From Octopus vulgaris (lineage: Eukaryota), in assembly GCA_951406725.2 (NCBI GenBank), contig OX597826.1:31124001-31188000 (forward strand): DNA of 64,000 bases. Direction: 5' to 3'. Both the position numbers and the translations under genes were made by a program. Positions within the stretch are counted from its first letter, which is position 1. The number at the start of each line of letters is the position of its first letter. The notes below the pieces were generated by a model, which was not told the origin of the DNA, did no database searches, and saw only the letters and a program-made list of their open reading frames with translations. Positions 37,752 to 51,951 of this stretch are shown piece by piece.

Positions 37752-38045
37752 GGAAAGGTAGGTGGCTTAGCGATTAGAGTACTCGGGTCAAGATCGTAAG
37801 GTTGTTGTGAGTTCGATTCCCGGTGGTGCCTTGTATCCTTGACCAAGGCACTTTATTTCACGTTGCTCCAGTCCACTCAGCCGGCAAAAATGAGTCGTCA
37901 ACCTTGTCACATTCCGTATCACTCTTAATCTCCCTGAGAATTACGCTGTGGGTACGCGTGTCTGTGGAGTACTCAGCCACTTGCACATTAATTTCACAAG
38001 AGGGTTGTTTGGTTGATCGGATCACCTGGAACCTTCCGACTGAGT
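37752..38045 (+). mobile_element. tRNA-derived SINE with central TCCTTGA.CAAGGCACTTT domain
   Basis: A-box TGGCTTAGCGA and B-box GAGTTCGATTCCC, then GTATCCTTGACCAAGGCACTTTATTTCACGTTGCTCCAGTCCACTCAG. Confidence 0.7.
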
Positions 38046-40055
38046 GACAGTATATGTATAGGCGCAGGCACGGTACCCACTGCGCGACCTCCAACTCTAG
38101 CTCTAAGAGTGAATTTGGTGGACGGAACCTGTGTCGAAGCCTATCGTATATGTAAGTATGTATGTATGTGTGTATGGATAAGCTTATTCCTCTCACCGCT
38201 CTCAAGTACTGGGGTCGATTTACTCTTCAAAGAGGTGCCCCAGCATGGACGTTGTCCAATGGTTGAAGCAAATGAAACGGGAAAGAGGTAGGACAACAAC
38301 TGTGCTGATGATGCTCGTTGAAGTAGGAACATGCATTCACAGCGGTCCTCTTTTCTCTGGTCATTTAAACTGTCTTTTCTTTCTTAATGGCATGTCATTT
38401 CTGGAGAATTCTTGATACTTGAAGTTATCTCATTTTCCTTTTAGTTTTGGAGTTGGTTCCATTTACCACCAAGTGATTATTCTACCTTCTCTAAAATATT
38501 TTCAAGAATTCAAAAATTTGTCTTCCAGTGCATTTGATATACAATTATTCGTCCTTGCCACAAGACGAGTGTGTGTGTGTGTCTATATATTTATGTAAGG
38601 GTATATGTGTATGTATACAGACCTGTATCTTTTCGATATCCGTTTGCCTATATGAATGTGCGTATAGACAGCTAGACGGACATAAACAAGTAGACATAGA
38701 TATAAAGACAGACAGACAGATGGGCAGACAGACAGACAGGCGGGCAGGCAGGTATGTATGTATGCAAACAAGTAACTCTTTAAGACACCATTTGATATTG
38801 GATGCCACATGGATAGCAACTGGCAACTTCTGACCCCTGAACTTGTGGACCCTACACTTATAAAATATGAGGGACTGTGTCGGCTTGATTACTTGGCTGC
38901 TGGAGAAGTTGATACAGAAATTATCATAACATGCGTACTTTAATATAATGGCTGCCGACCACACTGTCGTCTCACACACACACACACACCACCACCACCA
39001 CCACCACCTCCACTATCACCATTACCGTTACCACCACTTCACTGCCACAGCACATCATCATCAGCCAATGATTAAGGCATTACGTGGTCTGTTGATTGCT
39101 GGAAATAACTACCAAATTTCTGCAATTCACACTCTACCCTCTCAAAAGAGGAATAACGTGTTGGATAATATAGTTCTCGGTATAATATGCTTGAAAATAA
39201 GATGGTATGATCACGACTGGAACTAGTTTAGTCATGGATCTCTTTGATCAGCGTTGACCTGGATATAAGCAACAATAATAGTTGAGCAGACTTCGTAATC
39301 TAACTGTGATGAGTTCGATTCCTTTTGTAGTAATAGTTTAGTGGGGTCTGGACGCCACTATTTTGATTTGTCTGAAACTCGGTGCATGCAATTGAATCAT
39401 TATTAAAACAGCCATTATATTTAATGTATATACACCTTTGACAAACAAGATACTGCGCTTTCGGTCCGAGAGAAAAATCTATTCATAGACGTGTTGTGCT
39501 AAAAACAATATATATTGGAGAATGCCAAAGCTACACTTTTTCGTCTCCTTAGCTGTTTTGGGATAAGGCAGTCGAAGTTGACTTCAGCGAGATTTGAACA
39601 CAGAACATTTTTAAAATGTAACTGAATACCGCAAGGTATATTTTTCGACAGTCTAACGATTTTTCCTGTTCTCTGCTCATTGTCTAAACAGTTTCTTGTT
39701 GGGAAGGTCTCTTAAAGGATTGAAAAAGAGGTGAGCGGAGAAATTGTTGCCTTATAATAGAATTTAAATGGTTCCGAACTTATTAAGCATGGCCAAACAC
39801 TATGGCAAAGAAAGAATTATACGTATATAAGTTTATTGTCCTTCTCACAAAGAGGGGAAAGTATCAAATTTGAGGTTTGGGGCCTGTAGTTGACAGTTTG
39901 TGAGATCCTGGACCAAATAAACCCAAATTTCTGTCATTAAAATACGACTGACTGGGTTCAAGGATTTGTAGGGAATTCTTGAATCTTGCGATTATCTCCC
40001 CTTCTTAAATGGAGCTGTTCTTTGTCATTTAGTAATCATGATACATCGAGGACAG

Positions 40056-40316
40056 CAGTAGTTCTCAACTATTTTTTTATCTTTGGATCCCTTTGATTCT
40101 TATTCTTATCCAATGGCCCTGCATAACCATTCAATGTTTAAAAAAATCTTTATTATATTTGTATTATTAAATATTATAAAGAATTGTATTTAAAAAAGTT
40201 GTTAAAATATTTGGTGTCTAAGCAATTAAGCATAAGCAATTAAGCACTCATAAATTTTAGCCCAATATCTTATATGGACCCCCTAGGGGTATATGGACCC
40301 CGGTTGAGAACCACTG
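40056..40316. mobile_element. hAT (Charlie-like) MITE
   Basis: TIRs CAGTAGTTCTCAAC (40056-40069) and GTTGAGAACCACTG (40303-40316); subterminal GGACCCC repeats; no clear 8-bp TSD. Confidence 0.75.
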
Positions 40317-42418
40317 CTCTCGAGGCTGAGATAGTTTTAATAAATCAAGAATTTATGTTTTATGGTATTTGATGTAATTGTATGTGTCGGTTGTTCAAAC
40401 ACGTACCACTAGCCGCTCTGAGTAATTTTTCCAAGCTCATTTTTGTTTGAATTATGTAAATTACCTGGGCCATAAATGTGTTCTACTCATTCTTGTATAA
40501 ACTTTAAGTTCCTTGGCTACAAGAGATAAGTTGTTGAGCTGATCACGACTTTTGAGCCAGAAATACATTTCTACGTTCGGCCTCTTATCTCCAGACTATA
40601 AACCTGTCCTTTTCCTTAGTGGTACGTCAGAACTCTCGCGTTTTGAGATTATTTCCCCTTGTCAAATAGAGCTGGTCTTGATTGCCATTTGGTAATTATG
40701 ACACATTCTTTACGGGTGGTGACAGCGTTTTTGTTTTAAGGTATTCGACATACCTGTAATTGATGATATCTTATCTTGATTGTACCAGAATATATTCTTT
40801 TGTAGTTGTTGTTTAAAGGTGGAGTTGATCTCGTCTCGTAAAAAAAAAAAGAGGCTTGCGTAGTTTGCAAGGTAAACGTTTACGTGAAAGAAGTATAAAG
40901 TTCACGGAAGATCATATTAACTCGAAACTTCAACTCTTCATTGTTGTCAAGAAATGTCACCTTTAGAGGAGAACAATAAAGATAAAAAGACAATACAATA
41001 CCCATTGACAGGAACAATCAGCAGAATATGTATACGCACACACACACACACTCACACACATTTACATACACATGCATCCACATACACATGCATTCGCATA
41101 AACATGTACGTACACACATATATATACACATTAATACTCACATTCTTGTCTACTTTGTAAAAATGTCCTTCTTATAATACCTTATATCTTTCTTCTAAAG
41201 TTTAAGGATCACTTTACAAAAGTGGTGGTTCTGTTCTGTTGTTAAGCGCTCCACCCTATGTCAGCCATGATCGAGTTAATATTTAATCAAAGGCGTTCTA
41301 GGTCGTGACCAACCTGGCTTCTCTTCTGTACAACTTGGCTGACAGCAGCTAAAGCAATCACACAACAACTCCATCATGGGATCGAGTTGATTGTTTAGCA
41401 GTAAACCAAAACAAAGGTTACGACCTGCTTTTATTTTATTTTATTCTGAAAAGGGTTTCTGTAAGGGGCAAAATATCAAGCCCTTTGCATTCTTAGTTCA
41501 AATCCTATCGTGGCCTACATTGGTGACAAACTTGTCCCTGGATGGCTTTAAACGTGTTCCATTCTCTTGCAAACATTCCAGACAGATTTCCGGTTTTAGG
41601 ATACTTACTCTGCCACCACCACCAGGACCACCATCACAACCCATCATTCTCAAAATTCTGTAAAGGGGCATCATTATTGTCCTTCCTTCGTAGCTAAGGT
41701 GTGTGTGTGTGTGTGGTGTCATCCTCTCTAAAATAAAAGAGCAGAAGGCAGGGTAAAATATGGTTGGTTGGTGCTTTAGCGTCGCCTTATTTCAATTTGC
41801 GCCTTTTTAACTTTTTAGTCGGTCCGTTTATTAATTTATTGTCCAACATAACTGTATGCATTCATGAATTTATCAATAGGCATAGTCATGCGCGCGCACA
41901 AAAGTGTATACGTGTGCGCTTGTGTTATATACGTATGTATGCGTGTGTATATGTGTGTGAGTTTATATATGTGTGTGTGTTTGCATGTGAGTTTGTGTAT
42001 GTGTGTGCATGTATATGTATGTGTACGTATGTATATGTGTGGAGGGTATGTACATATATATGTGTGTATGTATATCTATATACATGTTTGTGTGCTTGTG
42101 TATATGTATATATATATATATATATATAAGTGTGTATATGTGTATGTATGTGTGTGCGTAAGTGACCTGCAGAGTTTCTCCTCTCTCTCGCCATCCGCAA
42201 TCCGCCATTAACCATAAAAGGAAGAGACAATTAAACAAGGTTTGACATTTGACATCCTTTTGAACACACCGGTCGTACTTTCAAATGTTCATTCCTAACT
42301 TTCTTCTGTATACCTCTAATTTCTTTATTATTATTTTTATTCTATTATAAATATTATCATTTCATTCAATTTGTATCCTGCCCCTATTTCTCTCTCTCTT
42401 TCTTTCTTTCTCTCTTTC

Positions 42419-42461
<43 letters not shown>

Positions 42462-42509
42462 AACCTGCATACCATTTGATATTAAGGTTTTTACATTTAG
42501 AAAAAGAAT

Positions 42510-42906
42510 ATTTTCTACTCTAAGCACAAGGTCCGAAATTTTGGGGAAGGGGGCTAGTCGATTACATCGACCCCAGTGCGTAACTGGTACTTAATTTATC
42601 GACCCCGAAAGGATGAAAGGCAAAGTCGACCTCGGCGTAATTTGAACTCAGAACGCAGCGGCGGACGAAATACCTATTTCTTTATTACCCACAAGGGGCT
42701 AAACACAGAGAGGACAAACATGGACAGACATAGGTATTAAGTCGATTATATCGACCTCAGTGCGTAACTGGTACTTAATTTATCGACCCCGAAAGGATGA
42801 AAGGCAAAGTCGACCTCGGCGGAATTTGAACTTACAACGTAACGGCGGACGAAATACCGCAAAGCATTTCGCCCCGCGTGCTGACGTTTCTGCCAGCTCG
42901 CTGCCT
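42510..42906 (-). mobile_element. SINE family B, dimeric
   Basis: Two near-identical cores ACTGGTACTTAATTTATCGACCCCGAAAGGATGAAAGGCAAAGTCGACCTCGG. Confidence 0.92.
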
Positions 42907-43243
42907 TCTGCTGCAATATTAAAGCATCAGAACTGTGGCCAACAGGAGGAATACCATGGAATATAAACACACTACCATAATACGCCATAACTGTCCGTCT
43001 TTTTCAATCTGTATACGAGGTGAATGTAATACAACCCAAATTGTGTGACTCACTCTGAGTGTGGGGGAAAATCGAACGAGAGGTGAGTTCGTGCGTGTAT
43101 TCATAGATGTTGCTCACAGGTTTACACATGCGAACCCGTGTGAGTGTATTTGTGTCAGGGTGGGGAAGATTTCTCTTGTGTATGCTTGTACCAATCGAAC
43201 TGGTCCTTCTCACAATTATAAGCGTTCAATAGAGCCATTATTC

Positions 43244-43295
<52 letters not shown>

Positions 43296-43763
43296 CATTA
43301 TTATTAGGTGGGGGTGGAGGTGATGGAAGAAAAATAGACCATCAAACGAAAATATTTTCCCCTCCGAGAAAACAAAACCCCGAAAAACCCTCGACTGCCT
43401 CCCCCCCCCCCCGCCACTTCCAGTTCCATCCACTCCAATTCCATCTTTTTAGTCTCCAGCCGGATGTCATCATAAGAGGCTGTTATGATGGAGATGATGT
43501 CTCATTAATAGCAGTCGTTCCTCTACCTGCATCTCACCCAGCCACCCCATCCCGAATTTAGAAACGCTGTCGTACAGCTAAACATGCTTTCTCCCTGCCC
43601 CCCTCTCTCTCTCCCCCCCCTTCTCCCACGCCCCTTTGTCTATCAATCTAGCATTCTCCCCTCTGCACACTCTCCCCTGACACACGCTAGTTTTCTTTGC
43701 ACACACGCTAGCTCACCTGCAAGTAATGTGTGTGTGTGTGTATAAATGTATGTGTGTGTATAA

Positions 43764-43816
<53 letters not shown>

Positions 43817-43837
43817 TGAATTTGTGTACTCCTACAC

Positions 43838-44203
43838 TTACTCTTTACTCTTTTACTTGTTTCAGTCATTTGACTGCGGCCATACTGGAGCACCGCCTTT
43901 AGTCTAACAAATCGACCCCAGGACTTATTCTTTGTAAGCCTAGTACTTATTCTATCGGTCTCTTTTGCCGAACCGCTTTGTTACGGGGACATAAACACAA
44001 CAGTATCGGTTGTCAAGCGATGCTGGGGGTACAAACACAGACACACAAACATATACACACACATACATATACACATATGTACATATACACGAGGGCTTCT
44101 TTCAGTTTCCGTTACCCAAATCCACTCACATGGCTTTGGTCGGCTCGAGGCTTTAGTAGAAGACACTTGCCCAAGCTACTTACCACACAGCCACTCTTGC
44201 GCC
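43838..44203 (-). mobile_element. SINE family A with internal deletion in the head
   Basis: Full tail and body; TTGCCCAAG is joined directly to CTACTTACCACACAGCC. Confidence 0.88.
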
Positions 44204-44220
44204 TGTGTGTGTGTGTATAA

Positions 44221-44258
<38 letters not shown>

Positions 44259-44860
44259 TGTGTATGTGTGTGTGTTATTCTGCACTGGTGGCGTATGTTT
44301 ACACACACGCTACGCATATTATATATGAGCGTATATGCATACATTTATTCATACATAATAGAGAGAGAGGTAGAAAGATATATGAAAGCCACGTGCCTTT
44401 GCCTCCTTAATAAACACATAAAGACACACGTCTCCAGGTAAACCCTTACCTATGTGAACAAGCACCTCCTCATATAAATACGTGCGTCATTATGCAACTG
44501 CGCATGTTTACGTAAACATATTCCACTGTGTACAAGTCTACATGCTTCTGTGTACAGGAAATGTTATTGGGCACCCGTATAAATGCGTCTGTGAACTTAG
44601 TGCATATATCACAGTATAAACCCGCATGTGCTTATATATAAACATATACATCCGTTTGTGTATCACAGTGTGGAATTGCATATCCGTAGCGGTTCAGCAA
44701 AAGAGAATTATAGAGACCGATAGTACCAGGCTAAGAAGCAAAAAATAATAAAGTACTGAGGTCGATTCATTCGATTAAAAATTCTTCAAGGTGGTGTCCC
44801 AGCATGGCCACAGTCCAGTCACTGAATTAAATGAAAAGATTAAAGATGCCGTAGCATTAT

Positions 44861-46262
44861 ACAATAATACTTCGCCATTTCGCGGCTCATCTATCGCGGT
44901 TCACCTATCGCGGTTTATTATTTAAGCTTACATCCATTCCTCCATGGTGTTGTTTTGCATTTATAATAAAATAAATACAGTCATACCTCACCCTACGTCG
45001 TTAATTGGTTCCAGGAGACACGACTTAAGTCGAATTAACTTGTCCCTAGGCTAGGCCGAGTTTACTTGTCTCTAGGCTAAACCGATAATAACCATTCCCA
45101 GTTCTGTACTTTATTTATGAATGCATTTTCAATAATAGGTTAATAAAAACCTATTTAAAGCTTACAAACAGATAATTTTTATTTTTTAATACAGTACAGT
45201 AAAAAAAAAGTCATCTAAATTTACGAATACAATTTGACGGTGTTTACCGTACATCGTAGACGCTTTATTTATGAATGCGGTTGTGATAAGACATGGTAAA
45301 ATAAAAGCCTTTTTTAAGCTTAAAAAACAAATTCAGTAATTATTGTTATTTTTCAATAGTAGAAAAAGCTAAATTATTTAAAATTTACCAATACGTGCAT
45401 ACAATTTAGTGGTTTACATCGCGGATGTAGATGGCTGTGGATCGTCAACATCAACAGCTGACTCTGGCTGTTCTTGTTCGATGCGCTTAAACAACCGGTT
45501 GAGAGTTCCTTGAACTGTCTTCTTTTTTTTTTCCTCAAAGATTACATTATAAGGAGCAAAAGCTTCGTAACCAGCCCCATAATCTTGGAAAAGCATTGTG
45601 CATCTGGATCGATATATCCTTGAACATAGAGAGACTTTTTTCGATTTATGCAAATGTTTGCATTATCTTAATGGTAAAGTGACGTGGCTCAGGTTCGACT
45701 TCTTTATTTTGCTGCTCGTGAAGCTCTATCGAATCCTCGTTCTTCAGGGGCTGCTCGTGAAGCTCTATCGAATCCTCGTTCGTCAGGGGCTGCTTGTCTT
45801 TTTCAAATAAATCTGTGCAATCCTCCTCTTCCAAATCCATTTCCAGTCCTTTGCTCGTAGTCACCAACGTTTTATTGATAGCAACATTATCAAACTCCTT
45901 AAAATCATTCGCGAATTGCGGGCAAAGCTTCTTCCATACACATTCATAGCCGTGCTCTGTACATCATTCCATACCGCTGCTATGTTCTGTACAACCTTAT
46001 AGATATCGTGTCTCGTCAGTTGCAGCTATTACTTGCCACAGCGTTCGCTTCGTAAAGTAACGCTTGAAGATAGCAATTTTTCTCTGATTCATTGGCTGCA
46101 GAAGAGAGGTGATGTTTGGAGACAGGTATACGACGGTAAGGTTGGGGTCAAAATCGATGATGTTTTGCAGGTGGCCAGGAGCATTTTCTAAGATAAGTAA
46201 AACCTTAAAAGGAATCCCCTCCTCCTTACAGTATTTCTCTGCTGCTGGGATAAAATGATTAT
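44861..46262 (-). mobile_element. Tigger/pogo DNA transposon remnant with decayed DDE transposase
   Basis: Minus ORF pieces KVLLILENAPGH...VVYLSPNITSLLQPMNQ..IAIFKRYF (DDE_1 motifs) and an acidic C-terminus (45414-45867). Tigger-like ends TA|CAATAATACTTCG (44861) and TA|CAGTCATACCTC (44978). A 39-bp tandem duplication lies at 45712-45795. Confidence 0.85.
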
Positions 46263-46264
46263 AT

Positions 46265-46624
46265 AGGCGCAGGAGTGACTGTGTGGGAAGAAGCTTGCTT
46301 CCCAACCACATGGTTCCGGGTCTAGTCCCACTGCGTGGCATCTTGGGCAAGTGTCTTCTACTATAGCCTCAAGCCGACCAAAGCTTTGTGATTGAATATG
46401 GTAGACGGAAACTGAAAGAAGCCCGTCTTATGTGTGTGTGTGTGTGTGTGTGTGTTTGTCCCTACATCATCACTTGATGTGTTTACGTCCCAGTAAGTTG
46501 GTGGTTCGGCAAAGAGAGACTGATAGAATAAGTACTATGCTTACAAAGAATTAGTCCTGGGGTCGATTTGTTCCACCAAAAAAGGCGGTGTTCCAGCATG
46601 ACCGCAGTCAAATGATTGAAACAA

Positions 46625-46628
<4 letters not shown>
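46265..46628 (+). mobile_element. SINE family A interrupting the Tigger transposase
   Basis: Full head GGCGCAGGAGTGACTGTGTGG abuts the transposase reading frame. Confidence 0.9.
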
Positions 46629-46688
<60 letters not shown>

Positions 46689-46925
46689 TAAATTCTTCTA
46701 TTTACATAATATCGAGGTCACTTTCATTCTTTTGTTGTCTTACCATTTTATCAATATATATATATATATACATACATATATATACACACACACACACACA
46801 CATTCACGCCCACCAGATGTGCATTCATGGATATACAAATAAAGAAGTCCAAATGCAATGGATGGGCGGATAGATGGATGTATGGATGGATAGGCGAGCA
46901 GGGAGATGGATAGATATACATGCAT

Positions 46926-46979
<54 letters not shown>

Positions 46980-47269
46980 GCGCACACACGCGCGCGCGCG
47001 CGTATATCAGTATTTATACACGCATAGATAATGCAACCATATAAAAACACGAGTAAGCGTATTGCATAAAACAAAAGCAATGACCGTTCTATGGAAGCAC
47101 ATACACATTTTCCTGTATAAACACGTAGACGTACACTCACGCATATACGCCTGCTTCTGTTCAAACGCAAATCGGTTACGTTGGATTATGCATGATGACT
47201 GTGCAAGCAGCGCTCACACGTACACACACACATACCACACATGATGTGACTGCTCAGACACACTTGCAC

Positions 47270-47940
47270 ATACATACATACATACATACATACATACATG
47301 TACAACGGAATTGCATGGAAAACGTGTACGCTTTTACAATCAAATTTATACACACATACATATGCACTCGTAAAAATGTGTGTATTTCCGGGGAGAGATC
47401 CTCGTTACTTGTGGTCTGATACGCACGCAAGAAAAATATGGACTCGTATTTAAATGCATGCTATGCATCCACGCACCGTGCACGTGAGCCGTGCGTATAT
47501 GTAACTTTGTAGCCATAGAAGTCGCACCTTGCACGCATACACGTATACACAAACACACATCCACACACAACAACAAATGAATTTGTGCATAGACACATTC
47601 ACATACCCCAAAATACACGTACGAAAGCCACCCGTACGCATCCGCGTACACACACGCACACAAGCACAATTGTAAATATACACGCACGCACATCTTCGCA
47701 CACACGCACACATATGCATATGCACGCACACACACGTACGGTGCGTCAATGAGTGCTTGGGTGCATAGCATGCACTTAAATACAAGCCCATATTTTTCTT
47801 GCATGTGCATCAGTCTACACGTAAGGAGGATCTCTCCCCGGAAATACATTGTTACGAGTGCATATGTATATGTGAACACATCTAACTGATTCTAAAAGCA
47901 GACACGTTTTCCATGCAATTCTGTTGTGTATGTATGTATG
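47270..47940. mobile_element. Foldback/MITE-like element with long inverted arms (about 200 bp)
   Basis: 47270-47478 (GGAATTGCATGGAAAACGTG...CCGGGGAGAGATCCTC...GCATGCTATGCA) is inverted at 47752-47940. Confidence 0.75.
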
Positions 47941-47947
47941 CACGTAC

Positions 47948-47984
<37 letters not shown>

Positions 47985-48587
47985 TATATGTTTCTTTATT
48001 ACCCACAAGGGGCTAAACATAGAGGGGACAAACAAGGACAGACAACCGGATTAAGTCGATTACATCGACTCTAGTGCGTAACTGGTACTTAATTTTATCG
48101 ACCCCTAAAGGATGAAAGGCAAAGTCGACCTCGGCGGAATTTGAACTCAGAATGTATATATATATATATGCGCAAGGACACAGTTGTTCGGGCAGCAGAC
48201 TCGCGGTCCGATTCCCAGGTACGCGGTTTTCCAGGATTTCCAGGATCGCGGTTTCGATTCCCAGACCCGGTATTGTGAGTGTTTATAGAGCGGAAACACT
48301 TAAAACTCCATGAGACTCCCGAAGGGTGTGAAGGCGACCCCTGCTGTACTCTTTCACCACAACTTTCTGTTCTACCTGTATTTCAAAGGGCCCGCCTTGT
48401 CACACCCGCGTCGTCGTCAGGGTGCCCCGCGATGTGTGTGTGTGTGTATGTGTGTGTGTGTATGTGTTGAATGGCACGACAATGCAGAGTGGACTATAAT
48501 AACTATTATAATTTAATTATTCATAAGATTTCGGAATATAAAAATTCCTTCTTCAGATATTGCTAGGAATAAAGCACAAGCACCCAG

Positions 48588-48629
<42 letters not shown>

Positions 48630-49799
48630 CTAGTCACAAGCGCATACACATTGGTAGACAGACAGACACACTGGTAGATAGAGAGGTAGACCAAACAGAT
48701 TGATTGATAGATTGATAGGTAGATAAGCAAACACAGACAGACAGGTAGGTAGGTAGGTAAGTAGATAGATATTTAGATAGACAGATTGATAGGTATGTAG
48801 ACGGGCAGGAAGAGACAGATAAACAGGTAGGAAGACAGACAAATAGGCAGACAGATAGGTGGATTGATAGGTGGACAAACAGATAGATAGATAGATATAT
48901 ATACATATGTACATTCATAGATCCTTACATGTCGTTACGTACATATAATCTTACACATGTACACATACCTGCTTTTACCTTTATACGTATACACACTCGT
49001 GCTCATACTCATATATACACATACATACACTTACACATTCTTCTATACGTACGCATATACTCACACACTTTCATGTCAATATATACATGCACACACACAT
49101 GCATTCTCACACGTTTAGTACGTATATACCCACACGCATGCACATATACATATACACAATCATTCACACAAACATATGCACAGTAATACACGTTCAAACA
49201 CACTGGCACACACGTACAGGACAGACACACACACCAACACACACACACACACACACACACGTACACGAACTCGACAGACACATTCATACAACACACACAC
49301 ACACATACGCGCGCGCACACACACACACACACACAGATACACCAATGCGCACACACATACACACACACACATGCCAAGACATGCGCACACGACGACACAC
49401 CACCAGCACACACTTAAATTCTATGCTACATCCATCTCCAAAGCAATACCGCAATGGCTACATATCAAAGAGACCCTCGTCTACCTACAAACCTACTTAG
49501 CTATGTGCACGACTGCAAGTCTACTGCACAAAAGCCAACGTCTAATAGTGGCTGTTTTAAAGAACTGCACTTTGGACTGAATAAAAGAGAGGAGGAGGAA
49601 GGCGAGACGAGGGTCGGAGGTGGAGGTATATAAATGTAGGCCGCGCGTCTCTTCCGTTTATGGTTCAAAAGAAAGTAATGTTGAGAGTGAGGTGTACTTT
49701 ATGATGGCGAATTTTCTTCAAGTGCAGCGGGAGTGAGTTGTATACCTGTGAGCGCTGGGATAGATATATAGATAGATAGTGACGTTAGATCATATAATA

Positions 49800-50280
49800 A
49801 TATAAATAATATGAGTATATGCATATATACAAACATATATGTACATACCTACATATATATGTATATATACGTGCATATATGGGTGCTGGACATCAAAAAA
49901 AACGTAGACAAAATGAGAAACGAGAACATGAAAAACATAAAAAACGAACTTTTTTTCGAACAACGAAAGAAAGAAACAAACAGGGAAACGAGACATAGAA
50001 ACATAAAGAACATTCCCTTCATCAGTTATTCCCGGAGTAGATAAAACAGGGGACAACTGATGAAGGGAATGTTCTTTGTGTTTCTATGTCTCATTCCTCT
50101 ATTTTATTTTTTTCGTTGATCGAAAAAAAGTTCGTTTTCCATGCTTTTGTTTTTATGTTCTCGTTTCTCATTTTGTCTACGTTTTTTGATGTCCTGTACC
50201 CATATATGCATGTATACATACATATAAATGTCGGTTTGTACATATATGTATGTATATATGCATATATTTATATATTGTTA
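49800..50280. repeat. Head-to-head palindrome of the 8483/24262 repeat family
   Basis: Arms 49800-50033 and 50048-50280 around the spacer GGAGTAGATAAAAC; CATTCCCTTCATCAGTT pairs with AACTGATGAAGGGAATG. Confidence 0.85.
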
Positions 50281-50397
50281 ATATATATGTACATACATAT
50301 ATACTTACACACATATGTATATATATATACATACGCACACACACACATATATATACATACATATATATACATATATATATACATTCACACACACATA

Positions 50398-50429
<32 letters not shown>

Positions 50430-50435
50430 CATTCA

Positions 50436-50466
<31 letters not shown>

Positions 50467-51175
50467 GTGTGAGTGTACGTATATTGTTGTGTCTGGGGAG
50501 TGTCATTCTCTTTCATAAATAAAACATCCCCAGTATTAAATAGGAAATATACGTAGTTGGTAATCATACCCCGTTACCCACAGTTTATATTTGTAATTAG
50601 GTAGAATAGTTAGTAGGCTGTTATGTAGATGTATATGTGTGTGTGCGTGCGTGCGTGTGTGTGTATGCGTATATTTATATGCACATGTACGTAGGCAAAT
50701 GGATATGAATGTAATAAGACAGACATACAGACAGATAGGTACATAGGTAATATGAACAGACAAGCACACACATACATGCATACACACATATACATGCATA
50801 CATACATACATGCATACAAGCATACATACATACATACATACATACATACATACATACATACATACATACATACATACATACCTGCATACATGTGTATGCA
50901 CACACACTCGCTGACCCACACACATGCGCACAAACAAACAAAAAGAACGCAGCTCGGATAACGGACAGAGTCAACGACTATTGAAAAGGCTGCAAGACAC
51001 AACGAACATTTCAGGAAAACTAAGCAAGTAAATGAGTGGAAACTTTACCAGTGATTGCGATAATTACTAAGGCACTAAAAGAGAATGACTCTCCCCAGAC
51101 GCAACAAAATATGCTTCAACACACGAACTCACATAAAGAATCTTGCAAACCAAATCCAAAAACGAAGTGTATGTA

Positions 51176-51218
<43 letters not shown>

Positions 51219-51238
51219 GCAAGTTATATGAGTGTACA

Positions 51239-51295
<57 letters not shown>

Positions 51296-51696
51296 CATAT
51301 CAGAACAATTACCCCCAGGACAATTCCCCCGGATCAAAATTTGATGCAGGTCCTCTGCTCAACTTTCTTTATCATGGTCAATGCGACGATCACACGCTAC
51401 ACATCTTCTTCTTCCTAAGAACTGCTTTAAACAGCAGAAGTGAGCTAGAACGTTAAAACGTAGTGCGCATGCACAGCAGAGTGCAAGGTCAATCTCGTAT
51501 TTTATTCTTAAAGAATTATATATATATATATAATTTTCTGTGTGAGTTAGAGGTTGAGAAACCAACTAAGGGATAGTACCTATCCAATATACTGTTGGTA
51601 GAGTACCCAATTATTCATACCCAAGTGTTAGTTATTGCGTGGCAATCTCACAGTTGAGTGTTATACACGCACACACACACACACACACACACACGC

Positions 51697-51951
51697 ATTC
51701 ATCATCATTGTTCGACCGTGGTCGAGACAATGGAATTTACTATGTTGCGCCAGACTTCACGGTCCATCATAGCATTACGGAGGTCCTGTTGCTGGATGCC
51801 TGTATCCCTGGAGATTACATCAGGGTAGGAGAGTGTGCGCCCTCTGGTGTTGCGAGTAGATGGCTTCCAGAGGAGAAGAGTAGAAATTACTTCTTTTTCA
51901 GCTCTACAACAATGTCCAGCAAACTGGACTCTCCTACCTTTCACAAGAGAT
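51697..51951 (-). pseudogene. RTE-clade LINE 3' end inserted in a (CA)n tract
   Basis: Uninterrupted RRVQFAGHCCR...LLLWKP...SYPDVISRDTG...AMMDREVWR followed by a (TGA)n tail; CA repeats on both sides. Confidence 0.88.

Noticed and set aside
45997-46350. SINE-transposase fusion ORF
   Set aside because: The N-terminus is antisense SINE A sequence that happens to be in frame; the transposase part is frameshifted downstream and has altered catalytic motifs (ENAPGH, QPMNQ).
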